A stretch of DNA of 64,000 nucleotides from an uncultured Oscillospiraceae bacterium (GCA_964615545.1 CAZTNP010000002.1:1064-65063); one strand, 5' to 3'; shown: positions 8,688 to 19,587, counted from the first letter of the stretch. Made by a program: numbers and translations. Notes: generated from the sequence alone by a model not told the origin.

Positions 8688-11600
8688 TCAGAACAGGCTC
8701 ACCTGACTGGTATCCGGAAGATCCCCAAACGCACCGGCATCCTTCAGCATTTGGATATGCGTTTTGGACACTTTAGGACAAGCCGCCGTCACTTCCTCAA
8801 TGGAAAGAAAGTTTTTTCCTTCCCTGCCCTCCATCAGATCCCAGGCTGCATTCTCACCCAAACCGGAAATCGATACAAAGGGCGGGCGAAGCTTTCCATC
8901 CTCTATCAGGAATTTCGTAGCGTGGCTCTTATACAGATCAATTGGCAGGAATGTAAAGCCCCGAATATAGTACTCATACGCCACCTCTAAGGTCGTCAGC
9001 AAATCTTCATCCTTATTGGTAGCATCGTCATTGTCGTCAATTGCCTTAATATTGGCTTGGACACTCTCTAATCCACCGGTCATCAGTGCTACATCAAAGC
9101 CGCCTTTTTGACTGCGGCGGTAAAAATATGCCGCATAAAACGCAAGCGGATGATACACCTTGAACCAGGCAATCCGAAATGCCATCATAACATACGCCAC
9201 AGCATGTGCCTTAGGGAACAGATACTTGATTTTTTTACAGGAATCAATATACCACTCCGGAACACCGGCATTCCGCATTTCCTGCTCTGCGCCGTCAGGC
9301 AGCCCCCTGCCCTTACGGACAGATTCCATAATCTTAAAGGAACGCTTTTCCGGCAGCCCACAGGAAATCAGATAAAGCATAATGTCATCACGGCAGCCAA
9401 TGGTTTGATCTACCCGGGCTTTTCCGGACACGATCAGCTCTTTGGCATTTCCCAGCCACACATCGGTGCCGTGGGTATAGCCGGAAATACGAACCAAAAA
9501 GTCAAATTTCTCCGGCTTTGTATCCAACAGAACACCACGGGTAAAACGGGTATTGAACTCCGGAACCGCAACTGCGCCGGTAGGCCCCAATATAGGATCA
9601 TCCTCATATCCCAGCACCTTGGAGGAGGTAAAGATGGACATTGTCCTCTTATCATCCAGCGGGATCGTCTTAGCATCCACACCGGTCATATCCTCCATCA
9701 TACGAATCATAGTTGGATCATCATGACCAAGCATATCCAGCTTTAGGAGGTTTTCCTCCATAGAGTGATATTCAAAATGGGTGGTAATCTGATCAGAATT
9801 GGGATCATCCGCAGGATGCTGTACCGGGCAGAAATCCCATATCTCGTTTTCCTGCGGAATGACAACCAGTCCGCCAGGATGCTGCCCGGTCGTACGGCGA
9901 ACGCCAACACAGCCGGCCGCCAAGCGGTTCATTTCTGCTGCTGAACGATGCTGCTGCCGCTCCTCAAGGTATTTTTTCACATACCCATAGGCCGTTTTTT
10001 CCGCAACGCCGCCAATGGTACCGGCACGGAAAACGTGGGTCTTCCCAAACATCTCTGTACAGTAGGTATGGGCTCTTGCCTGATATTCTCCGGAGAAGTT
10101 CAGGTCAATATCCGGCACCTTGTCACCGCCAAAGCCCAGGAAGGTTTCAAATGGAATATTGAAGCCTTCCTTTGCATAAGGCGTGCCGCATTTCGGACAC
10201 AGGGCATCCGGAAGGTCTGCACCGCAGCCATAGCCCTCCGGTACATCGAAAGTGGTGTACTTACAGTCCGGGTTTGGACACCGATAATGTGGCGGGAAGG
10301 AGTTAACCTCCGTGATACCGGACATATAGGCAACAATAGAAGAACCAACCGAACCACGGGAGCCCACCAGATAGCCATTTTCCAAGGAGTTCTGAACCAG
10401 CTTTTGCGCCGACATATATATCACATCATAGTGGCAGGAAATAATATCATGCAGCTCTGTTTCCACACGGCTGGTTATCAGCTCCGGGGGATTTTCTCCA
10501 TACAGACGATGCATTTTTCCATATACAAGACTTTTCAGATCCTCCACGGAGTTTTCAATTTTGGGAGCAAACAGGTTGTGCGGCACGGGACGAAGTGTCT
10601 CACACATATCTGCAATCTTATTGGGATTTGTCACGACAATCTCGTAGGCACGCTCTTCTCCCAAATAAGCAAACTCCCGAAGCATTTCATCGGTAGTACG
10701 GAAATAAAGGGGATTGTCCTTATCTGCATCGTCAAAGCCCTTCACGCCTAAAAGAATATGGCGGAATATTTCATCCTCCGGGTTCAGGAAGTGAACATCT
10801 CCGGTAGCAACGACCATTTTATTGAGCTCATCCCCAATATGCAGGATCGTTCGGTTGTAATCCCGAAGCACCTCCTGACTTGCTGCAATGGGCTGTTTGC
10901 CATTTTTACTGGGGCGAAGCATAAAAGCGTTGTTGGAAAGGGGCTGCACCTCCAAGTAATCGTAGAACGAGGCGATCCGCTTCAGCTCCCAATCACTTTT
11001 TCCCCGGATAACAGCCTGAAACAGCTCATTGTTTTCACAGGCTGAGCCGATGATCAGTCCTTCCCGATGCTCCATAATCTGCGATTTCAGAAAACGGGGA
11101 AACTTTTTAAAATACTTCAAATTGGCTTCAGACAGAAGCTGATAAAGATTGCGCAAGCCGATCTGATTTTTTGCAAGTACAACAATATGCTCCGATTTTC
11201 CGCTTTCTCTTCTGTGGGGCGCACGAAGCTTAGAAACATATCCGTTGATCTCCTGCAGCCGGGTTACTCCCTTTTGCGACAGGATCTCGGATAGTCTGTC
11301 CATAATCAGTCCGCACGTCACTGCATCGTCAGCCGCCCGATGGTGCTGAAACTCCGGCAAATTCAGAGAATCCGCAACCATATCCAGCTTAAATTTTTTC
11401 AATCCAGTCAGCAGCACCTGAGAAAGCGGAAGCGTATCTACGGAGGTCAGGTTATATACCAAGCCTGCTTTTTTACAGGCTGTCCGCAAAAAACCGGTGT
11501 CAAAATCCGCATTATGCGCAACCAAAACACTGTCTCCCACGAATTTCAGAAATTCAGGCAGGACCTCTTCTATTTTAGGTGCACCGACAAGCATTTTATC

Positions 11601-13007
11601 GGTTATTCCGGTCAACTCAGTAGTTACACTTTCCAGCTTTTTGCCGGGAGTCACAAAGGATTGGAACCGCGCCAGCTCCTTTCCATCCTTCATACGAACC
11701 GCACCAATCTCAACGATCTTATCCTGACGAGTATCCAGACCTGTGGTTTCCAAATCAAATGCCACGAATTCATCGGCCAGTGGCTGATCCTGATCGCCGG
11801 AAACAGCCACAAGATCATCCACATCGTTCACATAGTAGCCTTCACAGCCGTAAAGAATCTTAATCAGCTCATCGGTGCCGGCAACCTTGGGAGGCTTTTT
11901 CCCTTCAATTGTATGCAGTGCATCTGTAAAGGACTGTACACAGCCGTGATCCGTAATGGCAATGGCACGGTGTCCCCAGGCCGCAGCCTGCTGGATTGCG
12001 GCCGCAGTATTGGTCAGTGCATCCATATTGCTCATAACCGTATGCAGGTGCAGCTCGACCCGTTTTTCGCCCGGTGCGGTATCCACACGCTTTGGCAGAG
12101 AGCCGTACATCATAGCTGTTGGCTGTAAAACTGTTTCATTATCGAATTTATTTAAGGTCATCCGTCCCTGGACCTTCAGTACAGTACCGACCTTGACCTT
12201 TTCCAAAATGATTTTTGCTTCCTCGTTTTCCATAAAACGGTTCACGCGTACAGAACCGTAATTATCCGTCATATCAAAATTGATCACCCAGGCATTGCGC
12301 TTCTTCAGTTCCCGATGATCTACGCTGAACACACGCCCTTCAACGATCACGCCACCCATATCCAGGCTGATATCCTGCATAGGGATACTTTTCCCTTTAA
12401 TTGGACGGCCGTAGAAGGTTTCGCTATCCTGCTTCTGCTCTTTCTTCTCAGGTGCAGACACAACTGCGGGAATATCCTGCATTTTTGCCTGCCGCATCTG
12501 CTTCATAGCTTCATACAGTGCCTGACCGGAAAGTTCATTACCGCAGGTGATCTCGATCTGCACAGAAACGCCAAACTGTTCTTCCAGCCGTCTGGTAACC
12601 GCAGGCACAGATTTCAGCAGGCCATCCTTGCCATTGCCAAGAAGCTGGATTTTCAGAGTGCTATCCTGCCAGTTGTAGCCCGCACCGGAAAGAGAGGCTC
12701 TTGCCATAGAATCCTCTGCCATAAATAAGCTCATAATATCCTCCGGGGGGACGGAAGCAAGCTGATTGGGTTCAAAAACCGGCTGCAGCTTCATTGCAGC
12801 CAGGCCATAGCTTTGGCTTACCTGCTGGCAGATAAGCTCCCGATCTTTTTCCGGCACATAGCGATCAAACCGCACTGCAACATCCACCTGGCGGGATACA
12901 GGATCAATATCCGCAGCAGAGACAGCCGCCTGAGACAGCACCGGAAACAGGTGCTCAGGCGGCTGATACTGGGAAAACATATTCAGGAAGAATACATTCT
13001 GCTCCAT
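8688..13007 (-). CDS. polC: DNA polymerase III PolC-type
   Basis: PHP domain (ELHLHT, TDHG), DEDDh exonuclease (FDLETTG, HRAADDA), GSRGSVGSS, VPDIDLNFSGEYQ, YLFPKAHA. Confidence 0.98.
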   Translation of the reverse strand: MEQNVFFLNMFSQYQPPEHLFPVLSQAAVSAADIDPVSRQVDVAVRFDRYVPEKDRELICQQVSQSYGLAAMKLQPVFEPNQLASVPPEDIMSLFMAEDSMARASLSGAGYNWQDSTLKIQLLGNGKDGLLKSVPAVTRRLEEQFGVSVQIEITCGNELSGQALYEAMKQMRQAKMQDIPAVVSAPEKKEQKQDSETFYGRPIKGKSIPMQDISLDMGGVIVEGRVFSVDHRELKKRNAWVINFDMTDNYGSVRVNRFMENEEAKIILEKVKVGTVLKVQGRMTLNKFDNETVLQPTAMMYGSLPKRVDTAPGEKRVELHLHTVMSNMDALTNTAAAIQQAAAWGHRAIAITDHGCVQSFTDALHTIEGKKPPKVAGTDELIKILYGCEGYYVNDVDDLVAVSGDQDQPLADEFVAFDLETTGLDTRQDKIVEIGAVRMKDGKELARFQSFVTPGKKLESVTTELTGITDKMLVGAPKIEEVLPEFLKFVGDSVLVAHNADFDTGFLRTACKKAGLVYNLTSVDTLPLSQVLLTGLKKFKLDMVADSLNLPEFQHHRAADDAVTCGLIMDRLSEILSQKGVTRLQEINGYVSKLRAPHRRESGKSEHIVVLAKNQIGLRNLYQLLSEANLKYFKKFPRFLKSQIMEHREGLIIGSACENNELFQAVIRGKSDWELKRIASFYDYLEVQPLSNNAFMLRPSKNGKQPIAASQEVLRDYNRTILHIGDELNKMVVATGDVHFLNPEDEIFRHILLGVKGFDDADKDNPLYFRTTDEMLREFAYLGEERAYEIVVTNPNKIADMCETLRPVPHNLFAPKIENSVEDLKSLVYGKMHRLYGENPPELITSRVETELHDIISCHYDVIYMSAQKLVQNSLENGYLVGSRGSVGSSIVAYMSGITEVNSFPPHYRCPNPDCKYTTFDVPEGYGCGADLPDALCPKCGTPYAKEGFNIPFETFLGFGGDKVPDIDLNFSGEYQARAHTYCTEMFGKTHVFRAGTIGGVAEKTAYGYVKKYLEERQQHRSAAEMNRLAAGCVGVRRTTGQHPGGLVVIPQENEIWDFCPVQHPADDPNSDQITTHFEYHSMEENLLKLDMLGHDDPTMIRMMEDMTGVDAKTIPLDDKRTMSIFTSSKVLGYEDDPILGPTGAVAVPEFNTRFTRGVLLDTKPEKFDFLVRISGYTHGTDVWLGNAKELIVSGKARVDQTIGCRDDIMLYLISCGLPEKRSFKIMESVRKGRGLPDGAEQEMRNAGVPEWYIDSCKKIKYLFPKAHAVAYVMMAFRIAWFKVYHPLAFYAAYFYRRSQKGGFDVALMTGGLESVQANIKAIDDNDDATNKDEDLLTTLEVAYEYYIRGFTFLPIDLYKSHATKFLIEDGKLRPPFVSISGLGENAAWDLMEGREGKNFLSIEEVTAACPKVSKTHIQMLKDAGAFGDLPDTSQVSLF

Positions 13008-13013
13008 AAGTAA

Positions 13014-14060
13014 TTACAATTCCTCAATTCGTTTCAGTAACGCTGGCAGAAGCGCCTCATAAGGAAGCTTTTCCACCGGCTGACCTTTTTCAAACAGCAG
13101 ACCGCATCCGTCGCCGCCCGCAATACCAATATCGGCCTCCCGTGCTTCCCCAGGGCCATTGACTACACAGCCCATAACGGCAACCGTTATAGGCTTTTCA
13201 TAGTTTTTCAGTGCCCTGTCTACCTGCTCCACAAGGCCGATCAGATCAATCTTTGTTCTGCCACAGGTAGGGCAGGAAATGATGTTCACGCCTTCTTTGC
13301 GCAATCCGGCAACTTTCAAAATGTCTTTTGCAGCGTAAATCTCTTCCACCGGATCGTCCGTAAGGCTTACACGGATCGTATCTCCAATGCCATCAAGCAG
13401 CAGCGCACCAATGCCCATTGCGGATTTCATCAGTCCCATTTTTACAGGGCCGGTTTCCGTTACACCGATATGAAGTGGATAGTCGCTTTGTGACCGAAAC
13501 AGACGGGCGGCTTCTACCATGGTGGGAACCGTAGAGGATTTCATAGATACACAGGTATCATAGAACCCGAACTTTTCCAGAAGATGGATGTGCTGGAAAG
13601 CACTCTCCACCAGTGCCTGTGCTGTAGGATGACCATATTTTTCCAGCAGGCGCTTATCCAGGCTGCCGCCATTTACACCGATACGGATAGGAATGCCGTT
13701 TGCTCGGCAGGCATCTACAACCGCCTTAACCCGTTCCTCTCCGCCAATATTGCCGGGATTAATACGAATCTTGGAGGCACCGCCTTCCGCTGCCGCAATG
13801 GCCAGCCGGTAATCAAAATGGATATCCGCAACAAGAGGCATAGAAGTTTTTTGGCAGATTTGAAAGAAGCTTTTCGCTGCCTCCTGATCCGGCACAGCCA
13901 GCCGAACGATCTGGCAACCGGCATTGCGAAGCTTTTCTATCTGCTCCAGGCAGCCGGAAGTATCTGTGGTCTTTGTGTTGAGCATAGACTGAATGGCAAC
14001 GGGTGCACCGCCACCGATCAGAACATCGCCGACCCTTATCTGTTTTGTCATCTGTATCAC
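13014..14060 (-). CDS. ispG: 4-hydroxy-3-methylbut-2-en-1-yl diphosphate synthase
   Basis: QSM, ADIHF, RINPGN, RIGVNGGSL, SCPTCGR, MGCVVNGPGE (start may be ATG 14051). Confidence 0.97.
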   Translation of the reverse strand: MIQMTKQIRVGDVLIGGGAPVAIQSMLNTKTTDTSGCLEQIEKLRNAGCQIVRLAVPDQEAAKSFFQICQKTSMPLVADIHFDYRLAIAAAEGGASKIRINPGNIGGEERVKAVVDACRANGIPIRIGVNGGSLDKRLLEKYGHPTAQALVESAFQHIHLLEKFGFYDTCVSMKSSTVPTMVEAARLFRSQSDYPLHIGVTETGPVKMGLMKSAMGIGALLLDGIGDTIRVSLTDDPVEEIYAAKDILKVAGLRKEGVNIISCPTCGRTKIDLIGLVEQVDRALKNYEKPITVAVMGCVVNGPGEAREADIGIAGGDGCGLLFEKGQPVEKLPYEALLPALLKRIEEL

Positions 14061-15127
14061 CCTTTAAAAATGGTAAATATATCCTTAAACATAATTACCG
14101 CCATCAAAATAAGCAGCAAAACCATACCGGCGGCGTGGACATATCCTTCATATTTGGAATTCAGTTTTTTGCGGGTCACCGCTTCCACACCGGTAGTCAG
14201 CAGCAAACCTACACAGCGGCCGCCATCCAGTGCGGGAATCGGCAATAAGTTCATAACTGCCAAATTGATAGCAATAAATCCCCCAAAATAAAGCATATTC
14301 AAAATTGCAAGACCAACGGTTTTCGAGGCTGTAGCTGTCGAGGACATAAGGGAAACAATACCAACAGGCCCCGTCATATCCTGCAGTCCTGCCTGACCGG
14401 TCAGCAGCATTTTCAAACTGAGCCAAACGGTCTGCACCACACTGCGTGTACTCGCCCAGGTGTAGGAAAGGAGATTGCCTGCATTTGCTTTTTCAATGCC
14501 AAAGCTGAATCCGAAGCGCTCAGATTGCTCCCCGGTTTCCGGATCGGTAAACAGGTGCTTTTCCATAGCATAATCGTCAAAGTACAGCTTCTTTCCGTTG
14601 CGTTCTACAACGATATCCATTTTTTCGCCGCCCAAACTCAAGAGCATATTGGCATCCGATGCAGTATATACACGGTAACCGTCAATCTTTATAAAACGGT
14701 CCCCCACATGGAGTCCGTCCTCTAAAATGATCGTGCAGCCATCTTCGGTTTGGGCAATTACCGGTGTCACACGAGCCTTGTCAAAGGAGAAAACCAGCAT
14801 GAGCAGTAAAAACCCTGCAATAAAATTCATAAAAGTTCCGGCGACCAGGATAATCAGCCTTTTCCACCACGCTGCCTTTTGGAAGGAATGGGGATCTTCT
14901 GTATCCTCATCCTCCCCTTCCATAGCACAATACCCACCAATAGGAATACAGCGCAAGGAATACAGCGTTTCTCCTTTCTGCTTTTTGATAATTGCAGGTC
15001 CCATAAACAAAGAGAATTCATTGACACGGACACCGGAAGCCTTTGCCGCCAAAAAGTGCCCCAGCTCGTGGACGAAAATCAGCAGGCTGAAAAGCAATAT
15101 TGCAAAAATGATACTCAATACCGTCAT
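14057..15127 (-). CDS. rseP: RIP metalloprotease RseP/RasP (M50 + PDZ)
   Basis: HELGH and NLLPIPALDGG; located between dxr and ispG. Confidence 0.93.
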   Translation of the reverse strand: MTVLSIIFAILLFSLLIFVHELGHFLAAKASGVRVNEFSLFMGPAIIKKQKGETLYSLRCIPIGGYCAMEGEDEDTEDPHSFQKAAWWKRLIILVAGTFMNFIAGFLLLMLVFSFDKARVTPVIAQTEDGCTIILEDGLHVGDRFIKIDGYRVYTASDANMLLSLGGEKMDIVVERNGKKLYFDDYAMEKHLFTDPETGEQSERFGFSFGIEKANAGNLLSYTWASTRSVVQTVWLSLKMLLTGQAGLQDMTGPVGIVSLMSSTATASKTVGLAILNMLYFGGFIAINLAVMNLLPIPALDGGRCVGLLLTTGVEAVTRKKLNSKYEGYVHAAGMVLLLILMAVIMFKDIFTIFKG

Positions 15128-15141
15128 AGAAATATTCCGCC

Positions 15142-16287
15142 TTATAAAAAGTTTCGAACTGCCTCTCTGGCAGAACAGTCTGTCTCCAAAATTTGACACA
15201 GATCCGGCATTTCCATAAAAGGTACTGCCTCTACAGCCCGGGAAACCAGCCGATATATATCATAAAAACCGATCTTATCCTGAAGAAATAAAGAAACTGC
15301 CTCTTCGTTAGCACCATTCATAGCCGGGCAGGCTGTACCACCTGCCTGTGCGCAGTTTCGTGCCAAATCCAGGCACGGGAACGCCTCCGTATCCGGCTGG
15401 GCAAAGGTAAGCGGTGGGCAATCTGTCAGGCGAAGCCGTTCAACAGGACTATTGCACCGCTCCGGATAGGTCAACGCCAGTTGAATAGGCAAACGCATAT
15501 CCGGTGAACCAAGCTGTGCCATCACAGCACCATCAGAAAATTCCACAAGGCTATGAACAATGCTCTGCCGGTGTATCACCACATCCACCTTGCTCAGCGG
15601 CAAATCATAAAGCCGCATTGCCTCAATTACTTCCAGTCCTTTGTTCATCAGTGTCGCACAATCCACTGTGATCTTAGCACCCATTTTCCAGGTGGGATGG
15701 CGCAGTGCATCCGCCTTTGTGACCGTTTGAAGCTGCTGCTTTGTCATACCGAAAAAGGGTCCGCCGGAACAGGTAAGAATGATTTTTTCCACCCGGCTTG
15801 TGTCCAGAGACGGCATCAAACACTGAAAAATCGCAGAATGCTCTGAATCCACCGGTACGATCTGTGCATTATACTTCTTTGCTTCCGCCATAACCAGCTC
15901 GCCGGCACACACCAAAGTCTCCTTATTGGCAAGGCCGATCCGCTTCCCGGCCCGGATTGCTGCTAAGGTGGGCTTTAATCCAAGCATACCCACAACTGCT
16001 GTGATTACACAATCCGCTTCTGCCATAGATGCAGCTCTATTTAGTCCTTCCTCTCCCCAAGCAACCTCCGTTGGAAATGCTCCCAGGACAGATTGCAGCT
16101 TTTCTGCCGCCTCCTGTGTGCCCATAACCGCCAGTAATGGGCTATATTGGCGGCACTGCTGTGCCATACGCTCCACATTGCTGCCAGCCGTCAACGCAGC
16201 CACAGGAATACCCAAATGCTCTATAACATCCAATGTTTGCCGGCCTACAGAGCCGGTAGACCCTAACACACTAACGCAAGAAACCAT
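15142..16287 (-). CDS. dxr: 1-deoxy-D-xylulose-5-phosphate reductoisomerase
   Basis: LGSTGSVG, LANKE, PVDSEH, WKMGAKIT, NKGLE, PDMRLPI. Confidence 0.98.
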   Translation of the reverse strand: MVSCVSVLGSTGSVGRQTLDVIEHLGIPVAALTAGSNVERMAQQCRQYSPLLAVMGTQEAAEKLQSVLGAFPTEVAWGEEGLNRAASMAEADCVITAVVGMLGLKPTLAAIRAGKRIGLANKETLVCAGELVMAEAKKYNAQIVPVDSEHSAIFQCLMPSLDTSRVEKIILTCSGGPFFGMTKQQLQTVTKADALRHPTWKMGAKITVDCATLMNKGLEVIEAMRLYDLPLSKVDVVIHRQSIVHSLVEFSDGAVMAQLGSPDMRLPIQLALTYPERCNSPVERLRLTDCPPLTFAQPDTEAFPCLDLARNCAQAGGTACPAMNGANEEAVSLFLQDKIGFYDIYRLVSRAVEAVPFMEMPDLCQILETDCSAREAVRNFL

Positions 16288-16288
16288 A

Positions 16289-17101
16289 TTATTTCACCGC
16301 CAAAGGCATAATCAGCAGAAGCAGCTCCGCCACGGGAGCCACAACGGTCATAGAGTCAAAACGATCCAAAATACCGCCATGTCCCGGTATCAGATTTCCA
16401 TAATCCTTAATTCCAACCTGACGCTTGATCACGGAGAAGGTCAGATCCCCCAGCACGGAGGCAAGGGAACCCGCAACACCATAAATAACGCCATACAGGA
16501 AATTAACCCTGCAGCCCATCCAGGTAAGTACCAGTCCATAAAGTATAACGCCGATCACTGCCCCAAGGATACCGCCGAAAAAGCCTTCGACTGTTTTTTT
16601 CGGGCTGATATTGGGACAGAGCTTATGCTTGCCAAAAAACACACCAGCAAAATATGCACCCGTATCGGACAAAAAGGCCAGCACAAACGGCAGCAGGACA
16701 AGGGATGCACCCAACTCCATATTCCGAATGCGAACAATAGCACTGAGTAAATACGGAATTAGTACTCCTCCGGCAAGACAAACCAGCACTTTTTCAAAGG
16801 GAAGCTTTGTTTTGGAAATCAGGAGCTCCCCAAACAGGAGATAAGTCAGCGCAAGCATTCCGGCAAGTCCCCACACATATGGTCTGTCAAAGAAGCACCA
16901 AATACTTACACCGGCAGCAAATAAGGCGGTTATTGCCACAAGCCGCAGGTGCTTTACAAGACCTGTACCCCATAAAAGCTCATATGCAGCAACGGCAGAC
17001 ATCGCAGCCAGCAACACGGCAGTATATACCGGCGGCAGGGCAATCAGAATCACCAGCAATACAGGCAGCAGCACCGCTGCTGCAATTATTCTTGTTTTCA
17101 C
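16289..17101 (-). CDS. cdsA: Phosphatidate cytidylyltransferase
   Basis: SDTGAYF, ISPKKTVEG, KDYGNLIPGHGGILDRFDS; GTG start at 17101. Confidence 0.95.
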   Translation of the reverse strand: MKTRIIAAAVLLPVLLVILIALPPVYTAVLLAAMSAVAAYELLWGTGLVKHLRLVAITALFAAGVSIWCFFDRPYVWGLAGMLALTYLLFGELLISKTKLPFEKVLVCLAGGVLIPYLLSAIVRIRNMELGASLVLLPFVLAFLSDTGAYFAGVFFGKHKLCPNISPKKTVEGFFGGILGAVIGVILYGLVLTWMGCRVNFLYGVIYGVAGSLASVLGDLTFSVIKRQVGIKDYGNLIPGHGGILDRFDSMTVVAPVAELLLLIMPLAVK

Positions 17102-17103
17102 GG

Positions 17104-17820
17104 TTAAACACCTCCAAAGCGGCGATTTCGTCTCTGATACTCTGCAATCGCCTGATCCAAGTGCTCCGGAGTAAAATCCGGCCAAAGCACATCCATAAAC
17201 ACATACTCGGAATATGCAGACTGCCACAGCAGGAAATTGCTGGTTCGCATTTCGCCGGAGGGCCGAATGATCAATTCCGGATCAGGCACATCCTTTGAGT
17301 ACAAATAACCCGAAAAACAATCCTCCGTCAGTTCCTCCGGAGAAAGGATCCCATTTGCCACATCCTGTGCCGCTGCTCTTGCCGCCTTTACGATCTCATC
17401 CCGGCCGCCGTAGTTCAGGCAAAAATTTACCTGCACATCGTGAAAAGCTGCGGACGTTTCCTCTGCCTTGTGGCAAAGTGCATGCAGATCCGGAGAAAGC
17501 CTGGAAAGGTCTCCAAAGAAGCGGAATCGCACATGGTTTTTTTCCATATCTGCCAGTGCTTCCTGTAAATACTTTCCCAAAAGCTTCATAATACCGGAGA
17601 CCTCATCTGCCGAGCGTTTCCAGTTTTCTGTGGAAAACGCGTAGACTGTCAGATATTGCACACCAAGCGTACGGCAATAGTTGGCCGTGCGGCGAAACGC
17701 CTCTGCACCGGCTGCATGACCGGCTGTTCGTGGCAGACCTCTTTTTTTAGCCCAACGGCCATTGCCATCCATAATAATAGCAATATGGCACGGGACAGGC
17801 TGATTATGCGTTTTGAGCAT
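17104..17820 (-). CDS. uppS: Undecaprenyl diphosphate synthase
   Basis: HIAIIMDGNGRW, YAFSTENWKR, NYGGR, RPSGEMRTSNFLLWQ. Confidence 0.97.
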   Translation of the reverse strand: MLKTHNQPVPCHIAIIMDGNGRWAKKRGLPRTAGHAAGAEAFRRTANYCRTLGVQYLTVYAFSTENWKRSADEVSGIMKLLGKYLQEALADMEKNHVRFRFFGDLSRLSPDLHALCHKAEETSAAFHDVQVNFCLNYGGRDEIVKAARAAAQDVANGILSPEELTEDCFSGYLYSKDVPDPELIIRPSGEMRTSNFLLWQSAYSEYVFMDVLWPDFTPEHLDQAIAEYQRRNRRFGGV

Positions 17821-18151
17821 AAGGGGAATTTCCTTTCTGTGAGATAATGCATAAAAGCAGAATGCCCTATGCAGTTTTTTGTGCGCTTATCAAGCACACA
17901 GATACAGCAATACAGATCGATAGACAAGCAACTTTCGACCTTGAGGCCATAATCATACGGCAGGTCGAAAGTTGTGCAACGGGAAAGCAATTTCCTAAAA
18001 CTATATTGCCGCAGATGGCTTTTCAAATTCATCGAGCTGAAGCCATCCAAAAATCCGTTTCCGGAATTTCAGGCAAAGCTGTATATGGGGTCACCCCCAT
18101 ATACAAGCCGGACAAACCCAAAAGCGCTATCCTCACTCCTGGAATTCTGCC

Positions 18152-18706
18152 TTAAATTGCCATCAGTTCCTTTTCCTTTGCGGCCAGTGCCTCATCGACC
18201 CGCTTGATGAACTTATCCAAAATATCCTGCAGATCCTTCTCTGCCTTCTTCTGATCATCTTCCGTGATCTCGGACTTCTTCTTCAGATTCTTTACATAAT
18301 CCATACCGTCGCGGCGAATATTCCGCATAGCAACCTTGGCATCCTCAGCATACTTCTTGACCTGCTTCGTCAATTCCTTACGGCGCTCCTCGGTAAGTTG
18401 TGGGAACACCAGACGAATCACACGGCCATCATTTTGCGGGTTGATGCCCAAATCGGAAATTTGAATTGCCTTCTGAATTTCCTTAAGCAAGCTGCCATCC
18501 CAGGGCTGAATCACCAATGTGCGGGCATCCGGCGAGGAAATGGTAGCCACACCGTTAAGAGGTGTTTCCTGGCCATAATATTCCACAGTGATCCGATCCA
18601 GCACCTTGGCATTGGCACGGCCGGCACGGACGGCGCCAAAGTTCTCCGCCAGTACATCCAGGGTCTTTTCCATTTTTCTGGTAAATTCGGTAAACTCTAC
18701 ATTCAT
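18152..18706 (-). CDS. frr: Ribosome recycling factor
   Basis: RAGRAN, NPQNDG, LTEERRKEL, RNIRRD. Confidence 0.98.
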   Translation of the reverse strand: MNVEFTEFTRKMEKTLDVLAENFGAVRAGRANAKVLDRITVEYYGQETPLNGVATISSPDARTLVIQPWDGSLLKEIQKAIQISDLGINPQNDGRVIRLVFPQLTEERRKELTKQVKKYAEDAKVAMRNIRRDGMDYVKNLKKKSEITEDDQKKAEKDLQDILDKFIKRVDEALAAKEKELMAI

Positions 18707-18718
18707 AAGAAATCCTCC

Positions 18719-19438
18719 TTAAAATTTTGTTTTCACGGTCGTTCCGATCTCTTCTCCCCGGACGACACGGACGATACTGTTTTCTTCTGCAAGGCCAAAG
18801 CACACCATAGTCATATCATTGTCCATTGCCAGCGTGATGGCAGTGGAATCGGTGGCCTTCAGATGCTGTGAAAGCACCTCGTCATAGGTAAGGCGGCTAT
18901 AGCGAACCGCATTGGGATCCACATTGGGATCTGCTGAATAAATCGCATCAATATTCTTTGCCATCAAAATAGCATCTGCTTCGATCTCCACACCGCGAAG
19001 CACAACACCGGTATCCGTTGAAAAATAGGGATTGCCGGTGCCGCCTGCCATAATAACGACCTTGCCCTCATTCAGGTAACGGTCTGCACGGTCACGGGTG
19101 AAGTACTCACAGAATTTATTCATTTCCACTGCACAAAGTACTCTTGCTTCAATTCCGTGCTTTTCCAGCGCATCGGCAACAGCAATAGAATTCATCACCG
19201 TGCCCAGCATACCCATTGCATCGGCATGAGAACGCTGCATCTTATCCGCACCGTCTTTCACGCCGCGCCAGAAATTACCGGCACCGATCATAAGACCAAC
19301 CTGAACGCCCAACCGGGTGCATTCCCCAATGGCCTGGCACACGCCGTTGATCACATTGAAATCCAGGCCACGGTGTGCAGGGCCAGCAAGCGCTTCACCA
19401 CTGACCTTCAGCATAATTCTTTTATATTTGAGTTCCAA
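18719..19438 (-). CDS. pyrH: UMP kinase
   Basis: KRIMLKVSGEAL, GAGNFWRG, GTGNPYFSTD; likely TTG start at 19438 after GAGGGGAG. Confidence 0.96.
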   Translation of the reverse strand: MELKYKRIMLKVSGEALAGPAHRGLDFNVINGVCQAIGECTRLGVQVGLMIGAGNFWRGVKDGADKMQRSHADAMGMLGTVMNSIAVADALEKHGIEARVLCAVEMNKFCEYFTRDRADRYLNEGKVVIMAGGTGNPYFSTDTGVVLRGVEIEADAILMAKNIDAIYSADPNVDPNAVRYSRLTYDEVLSQHLKATDSTAITLAMDNDMTMVCFGLAEENSIVRVVRGEEIGTTVKTKF

Positions 19439-19558
19439 TTTGGTACACTCCCCTCGTATTGCTTCTCTTATTTTAATATAAGTCCGCCGAATTGACAACT
19501 ATAATTTATGAAATTTTCAAAAATGTTTTTCTAAATTTCATAATCTGACTTTTCCTTG

Positions 19559-19587
19559 TTGAAAAAAAACTTACAATCGGTTATAAT
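19559..19587 (+). promoter_or_regulatory. sigma-A promoter of glnS
   Basis: TTGAAA-N17-TATAAT. Confidence 0.6.

Noticed and set aside
17649-18207. ORFs of 77-133 aa across the frr-uppS spacer
   Set aside because: They overlap uppS or frr, lack good RBSs and show no motifs; the region is better explained as structured non-coding sequence.
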